A stretch of 64,000 nucleotides of DNA from a virus. Its lineage: Duplodnaviria > Heunggongvirae > Uroviricota > Caudoviricetes. Made by a program: the position numbers and the translations under genes. Positions 27,267 to 37,517 of the stretch are shown one piece after another. The notes below the pieces were generated by a model. That model was not told where the DNA came from. It ran no database searches and saw only the letters and a program-made list of their open reading frames with translations. The DNA is taken from IMG/VR virus record IMGVR_UViG_3300027375_000001; one strand, written 5' to 3'. Positions within the stretch are counted from its first letter, which is position 1. Each line of letters begins with the position of its first letter.

Positions 27267-28707
27267 GGCTAATTTTTTCCTGCTTATAGAGGGATATTCT
27301 CTGTTGCAGATGTTTAAAACTATAGCGGGTATTGTCTGCAAAATCAAATAAAATCATTTTTTCTTTGCTATGATGTAAACGACTACCTCTACCAATCGAT
27401 TGAATGATGCGAATTCTTGATTTACCTCCGGAGCAGAAAAATACATAATGTAAGTTATTGATACTGATCCCTGTGCTAAAAATAGACGACATTGCAATGC
27501 AAATTATGTTGTCTTTCTCTTCCATCATCTTTTGCACCTTTTCTCTTTCTTCGACATCGACTTCACCTTCAATGAAGTAAATTTCTTTCTCGTTATTAAC
27601 ATCTAAAGACTTTGCTATCTCTAACATTTGTCTACCATGCTCTTTGCGATTGACAAGCAACAAGCTATTTTTCTTTAGCTTGTTTGCAAAGTTACACATC
27701 AATGTATTTCTGAAATGGTTTTGGATTAGCCATTCAGTTTCTTCAAGATATGCTTTGTTTGGTTCTTTAATATCTACGACGATATGAGGTGGATTTTGGT
27801 GCTTAATGAAAATGATCTTAGCGATCACATCGGCAATCCATTCATCGCTTCTCATTTCGTGTGCTTCGACTTTAGATAGCACAGGACCTATTTTACCAAG
27901 TAATGTCCAATAGTCTAGCTGTGCATCAGGTAGTGTCCCAGTAAAGCCATATCTGTGTATAGTCTCAAATTCATCGATGATCTTCGTGGATGCATTATCT
28001 TTTTTTAACGTATGCACTTCATCAACGATGATCAAGCCTGTATTCTTTTTCAGGTACTGCACTATCTCTTGTTGGCTTTCAGAACGAAGAATTGCTTGAT
28101 TGCAAACTATGACCTTGCTTGTTGAATCAAATTCAAAACTACCAGACCATTTGCTGCATGAATACTCCAAACCGTATTTAAGAAAGTCTGCATGTGTTTG
28201 ATTGACTAACCCAATATCTGGTACTAATATTAGAATATGCTTGCCATCTAGAGGATTTTCATTCAGTATCGTCTTGATTAACGATGCCATTGTTAAAGTC
28301 TTTCCTGTGGCAGTCGGCAAGACAATAATTCCTCGTCCTCTTGGTACCGCCAATTCAACAGATTCTTTTTGATATGGTCTCAGTTCGAATTGATCAAATG
28401 CTAATGCTTGTTTATTTTCTTCAAATTTAAATGAAGGTTTAAGAATGCTCTTTACTTTATCATCTAGAGATACACTAACAGGGAATCCCAACTGAGAAGC
28501 CAATTTAACTAGTTCAGGAACTAGTCCGATATCAACGACTCCTGCTGAGGTTATTGCATACGTTCTTGTTTTCTTTCTTTGAAATTTGCCACCACGTCGA
28601 AGAAACAATTCAGTCTCAACCGATAGTTGTTCTCTTATAATATCAAAGGCATCCGAGTGCAATACTGCTTTGTTATTCTTTTGGAATGTAAAATTCAAAT
28701 AAGCCAT
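27238..28707 (-). CDS. uvsW: SF2 DNA helicase UvsW
   Basis: LRPYQ, LPTATGKT, IIVDEVH, GFTGTL, FSTGISI, QSIGRGSR, LFDFAD. Confidence 0.93.
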   Translation of the reverse strand: MAYLNFTFQKNNKAVLHSDAFDIIREQLSVETELFLRRGGKFQRKKTRTYAITSAGVVDIGLVPELVKLASQLGFPVSVSLDDKVKSILKPSFKFEENKQALAFDQFELRPYQKESVELAVPRGRGIIVLPTATGKTLTMASLIKTILNENPLDGKHILILVPDIGLVNQTHADFLKYGLEYSCSKWSGSFEFDSTSKVIVCNQAILRSESQQEIVQYLKKNTGLIIVDEVHTLKKDNASTKIIDEFETIHRYGFTGTLPDAQLDYWTLLGKIGPVLSKVEAHEMRSDEWIADVIAKIIFIKHQNPPHIVVDIKEPNKAYLEETEWLIQNHFRNTLMCNFANKLKKNSLLLVNRKEHGRQMLEIAKSLDVNNEKEIYFIEGEVDVEEREKVQKMMEEKDNIICIAMSSIFSTGISINNLHYVFFCSGGKSRIRIIQSIGRGSRLHHSKEKMILFDFADNTRYSFKHLQQRISLYKQEKISHEKIEIKEV

Positions 28708-29102
28708 TAGGTGAGTTCAAGTTTCATTATCTCTGTAACATTTTTGATGTCGTTAGTCATATAGCGGAAAATAGATTCAACATGCTCAAGGTAGTCGATT
28801 ATGCTTTTTTGGTCTGCGATATCGTCGTTAATCTGTTTCATTTGAGGCGACGAATCTATTTTGGTTTTCATTGCATTATTGCTTAGCTGTATGTCAGTCT
28901 TTTCTTTCATACGCTTTAACGCTGCTTCTACTAATTGTTCTTTTTGCTGCTCTAATTGATATAAGCTTCTCTTATGAGCAATGAGTCTTGATACCCATTT
29001 GTGTTTAATTGCCGGCAACCTCATTGCGACATCTTTGACGTTGAGTTCATCAACGTGTGCATCTCTTGCTATTTCTTCATCATATTTTGCAATAATATCC
29101 AT
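28707..29102 (-). CDS. uvsY: Recombination mediator UvsY
   Basis: Helical 131-aa protein with LPAIKHKW and IDYLEHV...DIKN; adjacent to uvsW. Confidence 0.8.
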   Translation of the reverse strand: MDIIAKYDEEIARDAHVDELNVKDVAMRLPAIKHKWVSRLIAHKRSLYQLEQQKEQLVEAALKRMKEKTDIQLSNNAMKTKIDSSPQMKQINDDIADQKSIIDYLEHVESIFRYMTNDIKNVTEIMKLELT

Positions 29103-29112
29103 AAGTATAAAC

Positions 29113-29319
29113 GTGGGATCGAAATTCTATTTAGTATACAACACTATCATCGCAAATGCAAATATTATTAGCGAAGATGGCAATACAACTTCAACTGCGG
29201 GTGTTGGTGTTAAAGGTGATTATGCACCAGGCGATGCGAGAATGCCAAAAGCACTCTTTAAGGGTAAAATGTTCCGACGCCAGAAAATTAAGGGTGTATT
29301 AGAACCTAAAAAGATGTAA
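29113..29319 (+). CDS. Small conserved-type late protein (GTG start)
   Basis: GTG at 29113, 5 nt after TAAGTA. Translates to MGSKFYLVYNTIIANANIISEDGNTTSTAGVGVKGDYAPGDARMPKALF. The longer track ORF overlaps uvsY antisense. Confidence 0.6.
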   Translation: MGSKFYLVYNTIIANANIISEDGNTTSTAGVGVKGDYAPGDARMPKALFKGKMFRRQKIKGVLEPKKM

Positions 29320-29323
29320 GTCT

Positions 29324-29734
29324 TTGGGTATGCCAAAGAAGATTTCAACTAGTGCTGCGAAAGCAAAAGGCCGGCGCTTGCAAGATTATGTTCGCGATTC
29401 ATTCCGCGCGATACATAAAGAGCTTGAAGATGATGACATTAAATGTGCGATCATGGGTGAGAGTGGAACAGACATCAAAATGTCTCCAGCAGCAAGGAAA
29501 TTGATTCCGTTTGACATTGAATGCAAAAATCAAGAGAAGATGAATGTATGGGCTTCCATTAAACAATGCGAAACCAATTGCAATAAAGACCGCATTCCGC
29601 TATTAGTATTCAAGCGAAACCATACAAAACCCTATGCATGCATTGAATTCGAAACCCTCCTACGGCTTATATCGAGGACTTCAGATAATAACAGTCAAGG
29701 AGCTAGTCTGCAAAAGCCAGAACAAAATACTTAA
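29324..29734 (+). CDS. PD-(D/E)XK nuclease, putative Holliday junction resolvase
   Basis: AKAKGRRLQ, MGESGTDI, FDIECKNQE, PLLVFKRN. Confidence 0.75.
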   Translation: MGMPKKISTSAAKAKGRRLQDYVRDSFRAIHKELEDDDIKCAIMGESGTDIKMSPAARKLIPFDIECKNQEKMNVWASIKQCETNCNKDRIPLLVFKRNHTKPYACIEFETLLRLISRTSDNNSQGASLQKPEQNT

Positions 29735-30164
29735 TTTTTTAGACGACTATGGGATTAATGAAAAAAGTCTTCAAGGTGATATTAAAAAGATTGTTCTTCA
29801 TTGCTGCTTTGAAACTATCATAGATTTATTAAAAACTAGTACCACAACATTGATCGTGGATAATGGGCCTTTCAATAATGAAAGCATTGCTAATATCATA
29901 GGTGATTCCAAAGCCGACAAATGTCTTGACCAATTAAAGAAGGCATTACAGAAAATTTTTAAGACCAAGTATATTGCGTATGAAGGAGAAATATCTTTAA
30001 ATGATATTCCAGGGGAAATTATTGAGCGACTCCAAATCAATAAAAAATTTAATTTCAAAATATTAATTGAATTTTTTGATAGTCTTTCCCTTTCTGGCCT
30101 AAAGCGAAAGGTGAACGACAATTTGAGTGTGAGATGTTCCCTGTCCACATCATTTAGTAAATAA
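29634..30164 (+). CDS. Hypothetical protein
   Basis: 176-aa ORF; true start uncertain. Confidence 0.5.
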   Translation: MHALNSKPSYGLYRGLQIITVKELVCKSQNKILNFLDDYGINEKSLQGDIKKIVLHCCFETIIDLLKTSTTTLIVDNGPFNNESIANIIGDSKADKCLDQLKKALQKIFKTKYIAYEGEISLNDIPGEIIERLQINKKFNFKILIEFFDSLSLSGLKRKVNDNLSVRCSLSTSFSK

Positions 30165-30412
30165 TAATGAAGTATTCATTAAAAGTTTGTGAAATTGTGC
30201 TCTCTTTGCAATTATTTTTATTTTTTAAAATTTATTTTTTAAAATTACCTTGCATTTAAAAACGCGCTTGCGTAGTTAGAAATAGCTAATGGATAAGTGC
30301 TTATCTGGATTAAATTGAAAAATAGGATTTAAAAAAGAGACAAAGAAAAGAGAGCCAAAAAAGATTTCAAAGCATTTAAGGCATACTCTGCTCAATTTGG
30401 ATAAATATTTTT

Positions 30413-30637
30413 ATGAGTTTCAAATTCAATTCTCTTATAGAGGAAATTTTAAATACCCTTAATGAAGAACTAGGTTCCGCACTTGAATCCCCAGAAGTGA
30501 CGTCTGCGAAGAAAAAAGCTTCAGAGCTCGAAGCAGCAGCAGCCGATGCAAAGGTAAAACAAAAGGAACTAGAAGCAGCAGATGCTAAAAAGAAAGCAGA
30601 AATTGTTAAACAGAAGCTAAGCAGCACACCAATATAA
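30413..30637 (+). CDS. Small late protein, helical
   Basis: ATAAATA at 30401-30407 immediately upstream; Ala/Lys/Glu-rich helix. Confidence 0.6.
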   Translation: MSFKFNSLIEEILNTLNEELGSALESPEVTSAKKKASELEAAAADAKVKQKELEAADAKKKAEIVKQKLSSTPI

Positions 30638-30641
30638 CATC

Positions 30642-30956
30642 ATGTCTACTTTCTACAAAACTCTAAGACAACTTTGCATTGAAAATGTAAACAAGATTTA
30701 CGCAGAACAGGAAGACACTGCATTGCCTGGAATGCCTCCTGGAACAACACAAGGAGTTGAATTACCTCCAGACACAGCAGATCAAGAAAAGAGAGGAGTA
30801 TACAATGCTTTGCAAGTAGCAGCAATGGGTCTTTTATTTGATCCTACACATGTATCAGAAACAGACAAGGCTACACTATCTCGTTTGGCAGAAGAACCTT
30901 TTAGTGATTCCAATTATAGAACCATTGAAGGTATTCTGAATAGTTACCTCGATTAA
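30642..30956 (+). CDS. Hypothetical protein
   Basis: 104-aa ORF following 30413..30637 and converging on the gp5-like gene. Confidence 0.55.
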   Translation: MSTFYKTLRQLCIENVNKIYAEQEDTALPGMPPGTTQGVELPPDTADQEKRGVYNALQVAAMGLLFDPTHVSETDKATLSRLAEEPFSDSNYRTIEGILNSYLD

Positions 30957-33562
30957 TCCATTACTGGAGTCAATCCAGTCTTGAGATCGTGTTCAGCAGG
31001 ACATAGTGGTAATTTTTCTACAGACTCCATAACGATATCGGGTGCAACGATATCACCAAGCGATAGTACAGCATCAAGTGACACATCAGAGTTTGCTGTG
31101 GATAGAACTGGATCTCCTACAGTCAAAGAACTAAAATCAACCCCTTTGAACTTTTTGGTAATGTCAGGAACATACGCTGCAGGTTTAGCTAGCTTTGCTT
31201 GGGAAGCATTCATTCCAACTGCATCTGTTCTCATCTCTGCGCTAGTACCATAAAGCTGCAATGGTACGTTTTTGAATAAGTGGAAGTGAGGTCTTGTGTA
31301 GACTTGAGGTTCTTCTGAGGTTTTACCATAGATAGGAATATCTTCTTCAGTAACAATCTCTACACCAAATAGATCATAACCAAATTTTGTACCCTTTCGA
31401 ATGTAACCAATTTCAATTTCAGGAACAATATGTGCAGCGGTCACCTCTGTTTCAGTCGATTGATATTCGATAGGAGCACTAATGTGTTGGACATATAATT
31501 CACCTTCTACGTACGCACCACCTTTGGTGATGATATTTTTATCTACCTCTAAGTTCCCACCCACATAAACAGCAGCAACACCATCTTTGCCTTTAGGAAC
31601 CAGGCTAATGTTGTCTGCAGTAATATGTGCGCGGCGTCCACCATCAACATATACTTCATTATCAGAAGACAGAACCAATTGCTTGCCGGTTATAGTTGTG
31701 ACAGAACCACCGATATCGACAGCACCTGTAGTCTTAATGGAAACACCACCAGATCCCACAAGCATGGAACATTTATAGCCACAGGTTAAATTGAATGATC
31801 CAGTAGGAGGCGCATCTACATGAACTTTTTCTACCAATGGAGTAGCTGCTAATCTTTGGTAAGCAGTGCCAGGGGAAATTTTGACACCAGCCGGAGATAA
31901 CTTACCAATAGGATCTACTCGATATGATTGGAAATCATGCATCTCAGAACCAACGACAACAGCATGATTCTTTCCATAGTTGATAACGGCGTCTGCAGTA
32001 TTTCCTAATTGCTCTTCATATGGATACATTTGGGTCTGGAGCGAAACTAACGCACTCGTCATATCTGCTTTATCAGAATTTCTTGCCCATGAACCATCTT
32101 GTGTCGAAGGGCTCTTGCCCGTACCACCACAAGTTAAACAGATCTCTGTTGGTATAGTAGCAACGCCATATCCTTTTGGAAATGATTTTAGGCTAGTCTC
32201 TGTTGGACACTTGATATCGAACATCGATTGGGCCACTTCATCTGCAACATTTTCAAGAGCTGCGTATGCTGCTAGATTACAAGTAGGACATGCAGCAAAT
32301 GTGCCGGATTGCCCTCCGGCACTATCAATAATTGAACGCTGTATTTCAAAAGGGAGATTATACTTTTTATGGAATTCTTCCATCAATCTCTTGATAGACG
32401 CAGCAGGGGCTTTGTGATTTTTGGGATCACCAAACGTAACCCTATAAGCTCCTTTGATAATTAAATCGTAATCACCACCGACATACTCAGAGCGATGGCC
32501 ATTGACTGTATAGAACGCGTCATTTAACACAAGACGCTGATCGTTATTCGCAGCAAACTCAACAGTAGTGTAGTTATTGAATTCTTTATATGAACCGCTA
32601 AAATGCGTTAAATTGAGGATCTCTCGTTCAACTGTATTGACGAATGTCAGTGCACCTCCTCTTTGCACTAAAGAGTACTTGCTTCGATAAATCATATCAT
32701 CCTTGCTTGCTGCGTATTCTTTATCCTCTCTGCCTATTCCATTCTCAAATTTACCAGGATAATCAGGTGACGCACCGACAGAAGTAGTATCGTTATGACT
32801 ATCATATATGCCCTTCCAGTCTTCTTGACCATATGATACAGCAAAGATCACCGGCTTCATAGGATCGCCATTTTCAAAGAAAACCCATACGTGAGCACCC
32901 ACATTAGGAATGGCAAACGACCCAGCAGCAGTATTGGAATATGGCATCGGTCTATACGAATTGCTATAAGGATTTGTATATCGATTTAATTGAGTAGGAC
33001 CACTCGTTGCAAAGGCATCGAAAATGGGTTTGTCTTGGTATAACTTGGCAGGCTTATTCCCAAGAACATATTTGTCATCTACCAACGTCGGATATGATTT
33101 GCCTTTAGTTTTAGGCAATCCGTCCGTTCTTGATAAGTTGTCAAGTGTTGTCGGCAAGATGTCTTTCCATTCACCAACTTCTTTGCGAGCATCATTTTGT
33201 TCCTCAGCGCTTCGGTCACTAACAAAATCTAATCCTTCTGACAAATATTCAGATTTATCAGATATAGATCCACGATCAAGCACAGAATTGTAGACACCAG
33301 ATGTATTACCAGAACCAACTACTGGCATGGCCATTTCAGCCCACGGTAAAAATAATCTTAATTGTTCTATAATATTTGCATTGAGATCCGTAAAAGTATT
33401 TTTACCAACAAAATTAAACTGCTTATTCTTCTGGCTATTATTCCAACCATCATATACAGTCATATCAACATGAGGAACCCATACCTTAACACGACCTCTT
33501 TTAAGTGGGTCATTGTTTTGTACGACTATTCCAAGATAGTTTCTAATATACTGTTTTTTCAT
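30953..33562 (-). CDS. gp5: Baseplate central spike, gp5/VgrG-like (OB-fold plus beta-helix, no lysozyme recognised)
   Basis: YLGIVVQNNDPLKRGRVKVWVP; IPNVGAHVWVFFENGDPMKPV; C-terminal beta-helix repeats. Confidence 0.8.
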   Translation of the reverse strand: MKKQYIRNYLGIVVQNNDPLKRGRVKVWVPHVDMTVYDGWNNSQKNKQFNFVGKNTFTDLNANIIEQLRLFLPWAEMAMPVVGSGNTSGVYNSVLDRGSISDKSEYLSEGLDFVSDRSAEEQNDARKEVGEWKDILPTTLDNLSRTDGLPKTKGKSYPTLVDDKYVLGNKPAKLYQDKPIFDAFATSGPTQLNRYTNPYSNSYRPMPYSNTAAGSFAIPNVGAHVWVFFENGDPMKPVIFAVSYGQEDWKGIYDSHNDTTSVGASPDYPGKFENGIGREDKEYAASKDDMIYRSKYSLVQRGGALTFVNTVEREILNLTHFSGSYKEFNNYTTVEFAANNDQRLVLNDAFYTVNGHRSEYVGGDYDLIIKGAYRVTFGDPKNHKAPAASIKRLMEEFHKKYNLPFEIQRSIIDSAGGQSGTFAACPTCNLAAYAALENVADEVAQSMFDIKCPTETSLKSFPKGYGVATIPTEICLTCGGTGKSPSTQDGSWARNSDKADMTSALVSLQTQMYPYEEQLGNTADAVINYGKNHAVVVGSEMHDFQSYRVDPIGKLSPAGVKISPGTAYQRLAATPLVEKVHVDAPPTGSFNLTCGYKCSMLVGSGGVSIKTTGAVDIGGSVTTITGKQLVLSSDNEVYVDGGRRAHITADNISLVPKGKDGVAAVYVGGNLEVDKNIITKGGAYVEGELYVQHISAPIEYQSTETEVTAAHIVPEIEIGYIRKGTKFGYDLFGVEIVTEEDIPIYGKTSEEPQVYTRPHFHLFKNVPLQLYGTSAEMRTDAVGMNASQAKLAKPAAYVPDITKKFKGVDFSSLTVGDPVLSTANSDVSLDAVLSLGDIVAPDIVMESVEKLPLCPAEHDLKTGLTPVMD

Positions 33563-34563
33563 TATGATTGAATATATTTACCACTTACGTTGTCATCATT
33601 AAATCGCTCCAAATATGCGTATAATATTTTATTGCTAACCAAATTACTTCCTTTTTTGGATCCATTAGGATCGACTTCAGTTAAAATTCCTTCAATATCG
33701 AATTTATAAAGAAGAGTCACTTTACTTTGATCCATACGAGATACCAATGGTGTCAAATGATCCATCATCTTAAATCGATTTTTATATCGTTTTTTAGTAT
33801 TACTAAGAATACTGCTTATAGCAGCAGACACTCGAGTTGCTTTTAGTGCATCGTTGTTCAACACCAACCCATGTGCGTCACCGGGATTATAAGAAGATTT
33901 AACCTTGCCGTATGTTTTTTCTGGCAGAGTCTCGATGAACAAAGCATTAACAGAAGCATTTAATTTATCGACCCACTCATTAACCTGTGGTAATTGTTGC
34001 TGGATTACATTCAAGGGCATAACTGCCGGTATAGTTGGATCTGTGCCGTATACTAATCCATTGAATTGCTCCCGAGTAGTAAAAGTATGAGTCTTGGATT
34101 GATTTTGTAACTCAGTAGAAGACGCATCTGATGAGAACATTGCAATGGTTGCCACAGAGGGGGAAATAGGTTGATGCATTTCATTGACAGACACCAAGCT
34201 TGCTATCTCCGGATGAATGTTCTCAATTTTGCGTACAAAGTAACGCAGCTGTGCTGCCGACATTTTTGGGTAGATAAGTTTGCAAGGTCTTGTATTGGCT
34301 CTCACATTTTCGCAGTATCTTTCGTTTGCATCTGGATTGCCCTCTTCCGTATGCAGCTTTTTGTCATAGCATGCAATTAGATCAATACTATTTTGTGTCT
34401 GTAGGAACCATCGTATCTCATCAATGACTCGAGCTTCTTGACGTGTGATATTAGGATCAGAGCTTACATAGACGTAAAATTCTTCGTCTTGTAGATATTC
34501 GCCATCATATGTGGATGCAACCGTAAATGCCATACATTTAATTATGGCGTAGGCTCTGGCCAA
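33562..34563 (-). CDS. Hypothetical protein in baseplate cluster
   Basis: 333-aa ORF coupled to its neighbours. Confidence 0.6.
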   Translation of the reverse strand: MARAYAIIKCMAFTVASTYDGEYLQDEEFYVYVSSDPNITRQEARVIDEIRWFLQTQNSIDLIACYDKKLHTEEGNPDANERYCENVRANTRPCKLIYPKMSAAQLRYFVRKIENIHPEIASLVSVNEMHQPISPSVATIAMFSSDASSTELQNQSKTHTFTTREQFNGLVYGTDPTIPAVMPLNVIQQQLPQVNEWVDKLNASVNALFIETLPEKTYGKVKSSYNPGDAHGLVLNNDALKATRVSAAISSILSNTKKRYKNRFKMMDHLTPLVSRMDQSKVTLLYKFDIEGILTEVDPNGSKKGSNLVSNKILYAYLERFNDDNVSGKYIQS

Positions 34564-36089
34564 CCCTCTGTATTTAATTCATCAGGATCAAAATCTTGTG
34601 CAAGTGGTTTTAAATTCTGATATGAGTGTGTCTTGACACATGTCAGCTCATTCATATAACCAGTCTTGAAAAAGATATGGCTAATTTTAACCACAAACCA
34701 TTGTCCAAGCAAACGATTATCAAAGTCTATATTAGGAAATCCAGCCATTAAATCAATACCAATAAATCGCCCAGATCCTCTCGAAGTCAGACCTCTTGCA
34801 GTAAACGTAATACTATCGTTCAATTGAATCATCGACTCTACTAGCTTATTCCTACCCGAAATAAGCCGGCCATTTCGGGTAGGGTTCATATTATACTCAG
34901 GCTCTACTGTATATGATTTTGACTTCTTATATTTGTTAAGCAACACTAATGTATTGGTTTCGGTGTCACCCAATTGCTTCAGATGCTTAGTCATTTTACT
35001 AGCAACATATTTTTTAGCAACCGATGGTGTGTTCCACGTAATATCCCAATTGAATTGACCAGACCCATGACTGTAATACAGCTGTGGCTTGATTAGATAT
35101 GCACGAGAGTTATCAATACCACTAGATTGTGAATATTGATAATTAAAGATCACACTTTCGGTATATGACTTGGTATTAAAATAATCAGGAGACTTCAGTG
35201 TGAGCATTTGTTTATCCTGGTGTCCTTTGTATTGCAGGAAAAAGTTCTCCATGAAGAAATCGGTTTGTGCTTTTTCGTAATATTCAGACAAAGGTAGGAA
35301 ACTAAATTTGCCATTTTGCTTAGACCCCAAGACACCTTCTTTGCGAAAAATCATTGGAGAAAAATCTGTATCTTCATCGCCTACAGAATTACTGATCAGA
35401 TACTCCAAATCATCTGCTAAAAAGTTTTGACTAGGAGAAGTGTAAAAGAATAGATGTTCTTTACTGGTCTGTCTCCACAGATCACGATCAATACGACCTG
35501 CGAAGTTACATATATTTGGATCTTCTAAAAACAATTCAAGATTTTCATCTGCTCTTAAAGATCTTTCATAATTGGTCAATTTGAACTTTTGCTCTTTAGT
35601 CATTCCAGTAAATTTAGAATGCATTCCACTTGACCACGCTAAATTTTTATCAAGCATCATTTGATATTCGAGATCCCAGAAATACAATTTTTTAACTTTG
35701 AGCTGATTGTTATTAGACGCAATGTCTTCAACATCATACACAACAAACTTATGCTCGATTAGAAAGTCATCAGAAGTATCTTTAGGCTTGATGGAAACAA
35801 CAAGCTGGTCGTAGCAATCAAAACGATATTTGTAAAAGAATACAGGATCAATAGGATTGCCTCTTCCATCGGCGGGGGCAGAGCCTCTTTCAAATACTTC
35901 ATCGTGGTTAGCATACACGAGATATCCGTTAGAATACCATTGAAAGAAATTATCCTCAATGACAAGCTCTTCGATTAAATTAGGATTAAATTCATGGACA
36001 ATAGTTTCTGAATCATTTTTATTCAATAAAATGACCCTGAAGGTATACTCCTTGCCCCCTTTGTTATAATATTTATTATCCATTGGCAA
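34542..36089 (-). CDS. Baseplate hub protein, gp27-like
   Basis: Position upstream of gp5; C-terminal G.FIGI...DNRLLGQWFVVKISHIF..GYMNELTCVK pattern of hub proteins. Confidence 0.6.
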   Translation of the reverse strand: MPMDNKYYNKGGKEYTFRVILLNKNDSETIVHEFNPNLIEELVIEDNFFQWYSNGYLVYANHDEVFERGSAPADGRGNPIDPVFFYKYRFDCYDQLVVSIKPKDTSDDFLIEHKFVVYDVEDIASNNNQLKVKKLYFWDLEYQMMLDKNLAWSSGMHSKFTGMTKEQKFKLTNYERSLRADENLELFLEDPNICNFAGRIDRDLWRQTSKEHLFFYTSPSQNFLADDLEYLISNSVGDEDTDFSPMIFRKEGVLGSKQNGKFSFLPLSEYYEKAQTDFFMENFFLQYKGHQDKQMLTLKSPDYFNTKSYTESVIFNYQYSQSSGIDNSRAYLIKPQLYYSHGSGQFNWDITWNTPSVAKKYVASKMTKHLKQLGDTETNTLVLLNKYKKSKSYTVEPEYNMNPTRNGRLISGRNKLVESMIQLNDSITFTARGLTSRGSGRFIGIDLMAGFPNIDFDNRLLGQWFVVKISHIFFKTGYMNELTCVKTHSYQNLKPLAQDFDPDELNTEGWPEPTP

Positions 36090-36426
36090 ATGATAATTGA
36101 TCTAATAGCTGAGACATATAATTGAGCCGCAACAAATATATGCGAGCGCCTATTGCAGGTTTAATAAAGGGATTGTCAATTTTATTTAATGTGCATATAA
36201 CCCACCACACATTAAGATTGCCATAATATTTATATGCAATATTTGTATACGAATCTCCTGGCTTTATTACATATGGCTCAAATATTTCAAAGTCATTTAG
36301 ATTATCAGCATTGAGATTGATTCTTTTAAGAATATTAAAAAACACAAAACCATCATTATCTTCATACTTGTTGAACAAGGAAGACATTTTGTATATATCA
36401 ATATTTGTTTTGGTTAATTTTTTCAT
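36076..36426 (-). CDS. gp53: Baseplate wedge gp53-like, LysM domain
   Basis: YVIKPGDSYTNIAYKYYGNLNVWWVICTLNKIDNPF. Confidence 0.8.
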   Translation of the reverse strand: MKKLTKTNIDIYKMSSLFNKYEDNDGFVFFNILKRINLNADNLNDFEIFEPYVIKPGDSYTNIAYKYYGNLNVWWVICTLNKIDNPFIKPAIGARIYLLRLNYMSQLLDQLSFANG

Positions 36427-36440
36427 TGTACAAATATATT

Positions 36441-37514
36441 TTAAAAACCACCATAGTCTCTGATATATTGATTTGGGACGCCACGAGCACCAGCACTGCC
36501 GTCGTTTGCTCTAGCACCATTTTGAAGATTTTCATTAACGATTTCGCGGGTGTTTTTTGAAAAAACCTCAACTCTTTTATCTGCCTCTGTAATCCAAGAC
36601 AATAATTGTCTTGACTCGGCAAATAGATCTTGCATCGTGATATCTATTTGATAAGCTTCTGGCATTATTATTTGCCCACCAGATGACCCCAAAAGCTCTT
36701 GAGGCGAATATTTACGCATTTGCCCTAGCATTCTAATGTCGATTTTTTTCATGAAAGATGCGGGGGAGTATCTAACACCAGGTATTTCAACTTTATAAAG
36801 AACGGGAGCATCTTGAAGGGCGAGATTTCGTCGATTATAAGAATTATTATAAGTTAGTAAAGTAACAAGTGCCCAATTTTGTTGAGTACTCTGCAGGCTC
36901 ATTGTATTATGAAGTATAATACTAAATGAGTACTCCGCAACACCATGGGAACCGTCCCATTGTTTTGGATACTCTACTCCCAATTGACTGCCAGTAAAAA
37001 TACCAGCAGCGACACCAACTACTTTTGAAGCCGCGCCGATTTGCTTGATTTTATTGGTTTGCTTCTTATTAACATCAGCCCCCTGGCCTTTACTTGAAGT
37101 AAAAAAATCAGATAGTTGTTTTGCCTTATTATTCAAATTATTAACTTGCCAATTGTTAGATTTAGTTCGCAATGAAGATGTAAAATATGGTAGGATATAT
37201 GTATTACCTGTTGGCTTTGCGTTGTATAAAGATTTATAGTAATCAAGTGACTCACCAATAGACCTAAATGAGCCAAATGCATTTGCAATTAGTTTTTCAA
37301 TGCCTGCTATAGTTTGACTTCCAGTTGGCTGATATTCAGTTAGTCGTATACTTGGCACCCTATTGCGCGGGATTTCTTTTGAACCATCAAATACAGCCCA
37401 ATGAAAGTCTTTGACTACATCAATTTCACCCAATTCGCCCATATATTGATAAACAGAATCAGATGGAGTTCTTAATTGGCTTAGAATTCTATTGTGTAAT
37501 GATTTATTTTGCAT
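36441..37514 (-). CDS. Baseplate tail-tube cap, gp48-like
   Basis: EYPKQW...YSFSIILHN, PVLYKVEIPG, FMKKIDI, PEAYQIDITMQDL; precedes gp53. Confidence 0.6.
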   Translation of the reverse strand: MQNKSLHNRILSQLRTPSDSVYQYMGELGEIDVVKDFHWAVFDGSKEIPRNRVPSIRLTEYQPTGSQTIAGIEKLIANAFGSFRSIGESLDYYKSLYNAKPTGNTYILPYFTSSLRTKSNNWQVNNLNNKAKQLSDFFTSSKGQGADVNKKQTNKIKQIGAASKVVGVAAGIFTGSQLGVEYPKQWDGSHGVAEYSFSIILHNTMSLQSTQQNWALVTLLTYNNSYNRRNLALQDAPVLYKVEIPGVRYSPASFMKKIDIRMLGQMRKYSPQELLGSSGGQIIMPEAYQIDITMQDLFAESRQLLSWITEADKRVEVFSKNTREIVNENLQNGARANDGSAGARGVPNQYIRDYGGF

Positions 37515-37517
37515 ATA

